DNA of 45,257 bases from Methanobacteriota archaeon (GTDB lineage: Archaea; Thermoplasmatota; Thermoplasmata; UBA10834; DTMW01), in assembly GCA_011046235.1 (NCBI GenBank), contig DSAX01000053.1, positions 1 through 45,257 on the forward strand, written 5' to 3'. Of the stretch, positions 42,892 through 45,257 are shown one piece after another. How positions within the stretch are numbered: the stretch's first letter is position 1; each line of letters starts with the position of its first letter. The position numbers and the translations under genes are program-made. Below the pieces are notes generated by a model. It did no database searches, was not told the DNA's origin, and worked only from the letters and a program-made list of their open reading frames with translations.

Positions 42892-42921
42892 AATAAAACA
42901 CGCTGGGGGAGGAACTCCCCC
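42892..42921 (-). terminator. Stem-loop (GGGGGAG-TTC-CTCCCCC on the transcript) followed by TTTTATT, downstream of the acyl-CoA synthetase gene. The T-rich tract could also be the TATA box of the next gene.
   Basis: Perfect 7-bp GC stem at 42905-42921, about 20 nt after the stop at 42941. The oligo-T/A tract is at 42892-42898, about 27 nt upstream of the ATG at 42868. Confidence 0.45.
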
Positions 42922-42940
42922 CTCCGCGTTTTTCGAATAT

Positions 42941-44695
42941 TCAATCGTTCTCAAGAGTCGATGTGTCGCCGATCGGAAGGCCCAGCTCCTTTGCCTTCAG
43001 TAGCCTTCTCATGATCTTACCGCTTCGAGTCTTCGGGAGCGAGTCGACAAAATCGATCTCTCTCGGGTAAGCGTGGCCCGCAAGCTTCCCCTTTATGAAT
43101 TGCTGGATCTCCTTCTTTAGGTCGTCCGAAGCGGTGAATCCTGGCTTAAGCATGACGAATGCCTTGATGATGTTTCCCCGGAGCTCGTCCGGTTTCCCTA
43201 TAACTCCCGCCTCGGCGACGGCGTCGTGCTCCACCAGAGCGCTCTCGACCTCGAAAGGACCAACCCTCTCGCCCGAAGTCTTGATGACGTCATCCGCACG
43301 CCCAACATACCAGAAGTAGCCGTCCTTGTCTATCATAGCGGTGTCTCCGGTGACATACCAATTCCCGCGGAAATATTCCTTGAAGCGCGCCTCGTTCTTC
43401 CAGATAGTCCGCATCATTGATGGCCAACCTGGCTTTATCGCCAGGTCTCCCTCAGCGCCCTGCGGAAGTGGGTTACCCGCCTCATCGATTATCGCCGCCT
43501 CTATTCCCGGGAACAGCTTACCCATCGATCCGAACTTTATCGGCATGCACGGGTAATTCGTGATCAGAATGCTTCCGGTCTCCGTCTGCCACCAAGTATC
43601 ATGGAACGGCTGGCCGAACACCTCGACGCTCCATTTCACGCCCTCGGGGTTGAGCGGCTCGCCCACAGAGCACAGGTGCCGCAGCGAACTCAAGTCGAAA
43701 TTCTTGGGTAGATCGTCGCTCGCTGCCATTAACATCCTGATGGCTGTGGGAGCGGTATACCAGACAGTGATCTTGTATCTCTGGATAAGCTCGTACCACT
43801 TCTCTGGCTTGAACCTTCCGCCGTAACCGACCTGAGTCGTGCCACAGGCCCATGGCCCGAGAAGCCCGTATACGATTCCGGTGACCCATCCCAAGTCCGC
43901 GGTGCACCAAAATATGTCATCGTCCTGAAGGTCGAGCACCCACTTCGCAGATAGGTATTGCTGGACGATTCCAGCATGTGCGTGAACTACCCCCTTCGGT
44001 TTACCGGTGGTCCCGGATGTGTACAGCATGAACGAATAATCCTCAGGATTCATTTTCTCTATTTCGAAATATGATGATGCGGCCGCCATCTCAGTGTTGT
44101 AGCAGAACTCCCCCTTGGAGGTGTCAGCTCCGTTCTTGACGACTATGATGTGCTTGAGATCAGGCAGTGAATCTCTTATCTTATACAACCTCTCCTTGAG
44201 CGGCCCTTCAGTCACTATGACCTTTGCGCCGCTATCCAGAAGCCTGTCCCGAAGGGCGTCGTCGCCGAATGCGGGGAACAGCGTGCCAGCAATTGCCCCG
44301 GCCTTCAAGGTTCCGAGGAATGACACATAGAGTTCGGGACTTCTTGAAAGAAAATAGAATACCCTATCCTGCCTCTGAATCCCGAGCTTCTTGAGAACAT
44401 TGGCGAACCGGTTGGATAGCTCTGACATCTCCCCGAAAGTGAACTTCTCGATGATCCCATCGTCCCCCTCATAGTAGAGGGCGATCTTGTTCTTCCTCTC
44501 GCCATTGGCATGGACGTCGATCACATTCCAGGCAGCATTCATCTTGCCGTCCTCGAAGCACTCGATCTCCTTCTTGGCATCCTCCCATTTGAAGTCCCTG
44601 CTCGCCTCCTCTAGATCTGGCATTGTTGGCGTCTTCTTCAGGTTTTTATTCTTGAATACCGATATCTCTTGCATTTTATGAACCTTCTCCGACAT
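42941..44695 (-). CDS. acsA: AMP-forming acetyl-CoA synthetase-like acyl-CoA ligase
   Basis: YTSGTTGKPKGV, DTWWQTETG, GDTAMIDKDGYFWYVGRADDVIKTSGERVGPFEVESAL and PKTRSGKIMRRLL motifs. The start may be the internal ATG at 44674 (MQEIS...), which would put the AATATATGG box at a leaderless distance. Confidence 0.85.
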   Translation of the reverse strand: MSEKVHKMQEISVFKNKNLKKTPTMPDLEEASRDFKWEDAKKEIECFEDGKMNAAWNVIDVHANGERKNKIALYYEGDDGIIEKFTFGEMSELSNRFANVLKKLGIQRQDRVFYFLSRSPELYVSFLGTLKAGAIAGTLFPAFGDDALRDRLLDSGAKVIVTEGPLKERLYKIRDSLPDLKHIIVVKNGADTSKGEFCYNTEMAAASSYFEIEKMNPEDYSFMLYTSGTTGKPKGVVHAHAGIVQQYLSAKWVLDLQDDDIFWCTADLGWVTGIVYGLLGPWACGTTQVGYGGRFKPEKWYELIQRYKITVWYTAPTAIRMLMAASDDLPKNFDLSSLRHLCSVGEPLNPEGVKWSVEVFGQPFHDTWWQTETGSILITNYPCMPIKFGSMGKLFPGIEAAIIDEAGNPLPQGAEGDLAIKPGWPSMMRTIWKNEARFKEYFRGNWYVTGDTAMIDKDGYFWYVGRADDVIKTSGERVGPFEVESALVEHDAVAEAGVIGKPDELRGNIIKAFVMLKPGFTASDDLKKEIQQFIKGKLAGHAYPREIDFVDSLPKTRSGKIMRRLLKAKELGLPIGDTSTLEND

Positions 44696-45257
44696 TTATC
44701 CATATATTCTCCAAGCTAGCTACCAATCGAACCCTTAACGAGATTACGCATACTAGTCCCCTCGAACGGTGTCATAAACCCTCCCATGGGACAACCGTAC
44801 TGCGTTTTTGAACAACCGAAAAAACCGCTTGGAACGCTCCGAAAAGCATGTGGCGACTTCCTCATTCGGATGCAATAGGATCTTATCAGTCTCCCCTTGT
44901 TGCACACCTTATTGGTCTTTCCTTCCATGATATCAGGATTCCATGACGATGCCAGTCCATGCTTTTCGTTTCGCATTATAGATAACCCTATTAAATAACT
45001 TTCGTCGCTTACATGATGTTAAACGCCGATTTCATATTGAAAAAACACCACATCGTATCGATTAATTAACGAAAATCGTTGATTTTAAGTCGATTACGCT
45101 CGAATCGTCTATTGACGAATGCAGCAAACAATCGACAATTGCAGAAGGAACAGCCGAATTCTGAGAATTGCAATGGAATTGGGCCTATTAAATGGTATCA
45201 AAAATATAAAATTAAAATATAATAAAAGATTTTTTTGTTCTTACGATTCTTCCTAGA

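Noticed and set aside
44716-44976. 86-aa minus-strand ORF upstream of acsA as a real gene
   Set aside because: Its composition (basic, with scattered Cys, Gly and Ser, and no hydrophobic core) and the lack of any recognisable motif make coding doubtful. It is not listed as a feature but is flagged in the findings because I cannot exclude it.
1-45257. Search for CRISPR arrays, transposases or integrases, prophage genes, rRNA, and defence-island hallmarks
   Set aside because: I saw no regularly spaced direct repeats, no DDE/serine/tyrosine recombinase-like ORFs, no terminal inverted repeats flanking a cassette, and no rRNA-like conserved strings. The window reads as core chromosomal sequence apart from the surface-protein locus and the 38.9-41.1 kb locus.

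Overview
All calls come from reading the ORF translations and raw sequence by eye. No BLAST, HMM, covariance-model or structure search was run, so family names rest on remembered motifs. The window is a densely coded archaeal chromosomal segment, probably Thermoplasmatota-like. Archaeal markers are exosome Csl4, Nob1, a geranylgeranyl-reductase homologue, a split nuoJ, a UPF0173 hydrolase, and TATA-like boxes about 25-30 nt upstream of several start codons. From left to right: (1) Bases 1-8797 hold a cell-surface locus. It has a 5'-truncated CARDB-type surface protein, a canonical Ras/Rab-type small GTPase, and a convergent 1894-aa receptor-like protein. That protein has an FG-GAP propeller, seven cadherin-like modules, one TM helix and a folded cytoplasmic tail. 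(2) Bases 9018-11710 hold an RNA-processing cluster: a COG2263/METTL5-like methylase, Csl4, a PP-loop-only ThiI and Nob1. (3) Bases 11719-25166 are one long minus-strand array with tiny gaps or ATGA overlaps. It runs nuoA-B-C-D-H-I-J(N)-J(C)-K-L-M-N, then a polyprenyl diphosphate synthase, a UbiE/MenG methyltransferase and a GGR-family prenyl reductase. No NuoEFG or FpoF gene is in the window, and NuoI carries about 170 extra residues with four more Fe-S cluster motifs and a Lys-rich tail. (4) Bases 25394-32572 hold a B12-domain radical SAM enzyme divergent from nuoA, then mobB, an unlisted 54-codon ORF, mobA, and a GlcE-like/GlcD-like/GlcF-like dehydrogenase trio. (5) Bases 32599-38978 hold an Lrp/AsnC regulator, UppS, a TiaS-kinase-domain paralogue, the UPF0173 hydrolase, and leuC-leuD plus an isopropylmalate/homoisocitrate dehydrogenase. 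(6) Bases 38982-45257 hold a Cys-rich protein of unknown function and a roughly 600-bp ORF-free spacer with a GC-rich foldable island and exact 12-mer direct repeats. These are followed by Tpt1/KptA with an N-terminal zinc ribbon, an OFA-type MFS transporter, a small coupled ORF, an AMP-forming acetyl-CoA synthetase, and an AT-rich non-coding right end. I found no rRNA, convincing tRNA, CRISPR array, transposase or integrase. The best candidate for a new system is the Ras-like GTPase next to the giant integrin-like receptor, whose cytoplasmic tail looks like a longin/roadblock-type GTPase-regulator domain. Runner-up candidates are the Fe-S-extended NuoI, the TiaS-like paralogue, and the Cys-rich protein / structured spacer / Tpt1 locus.
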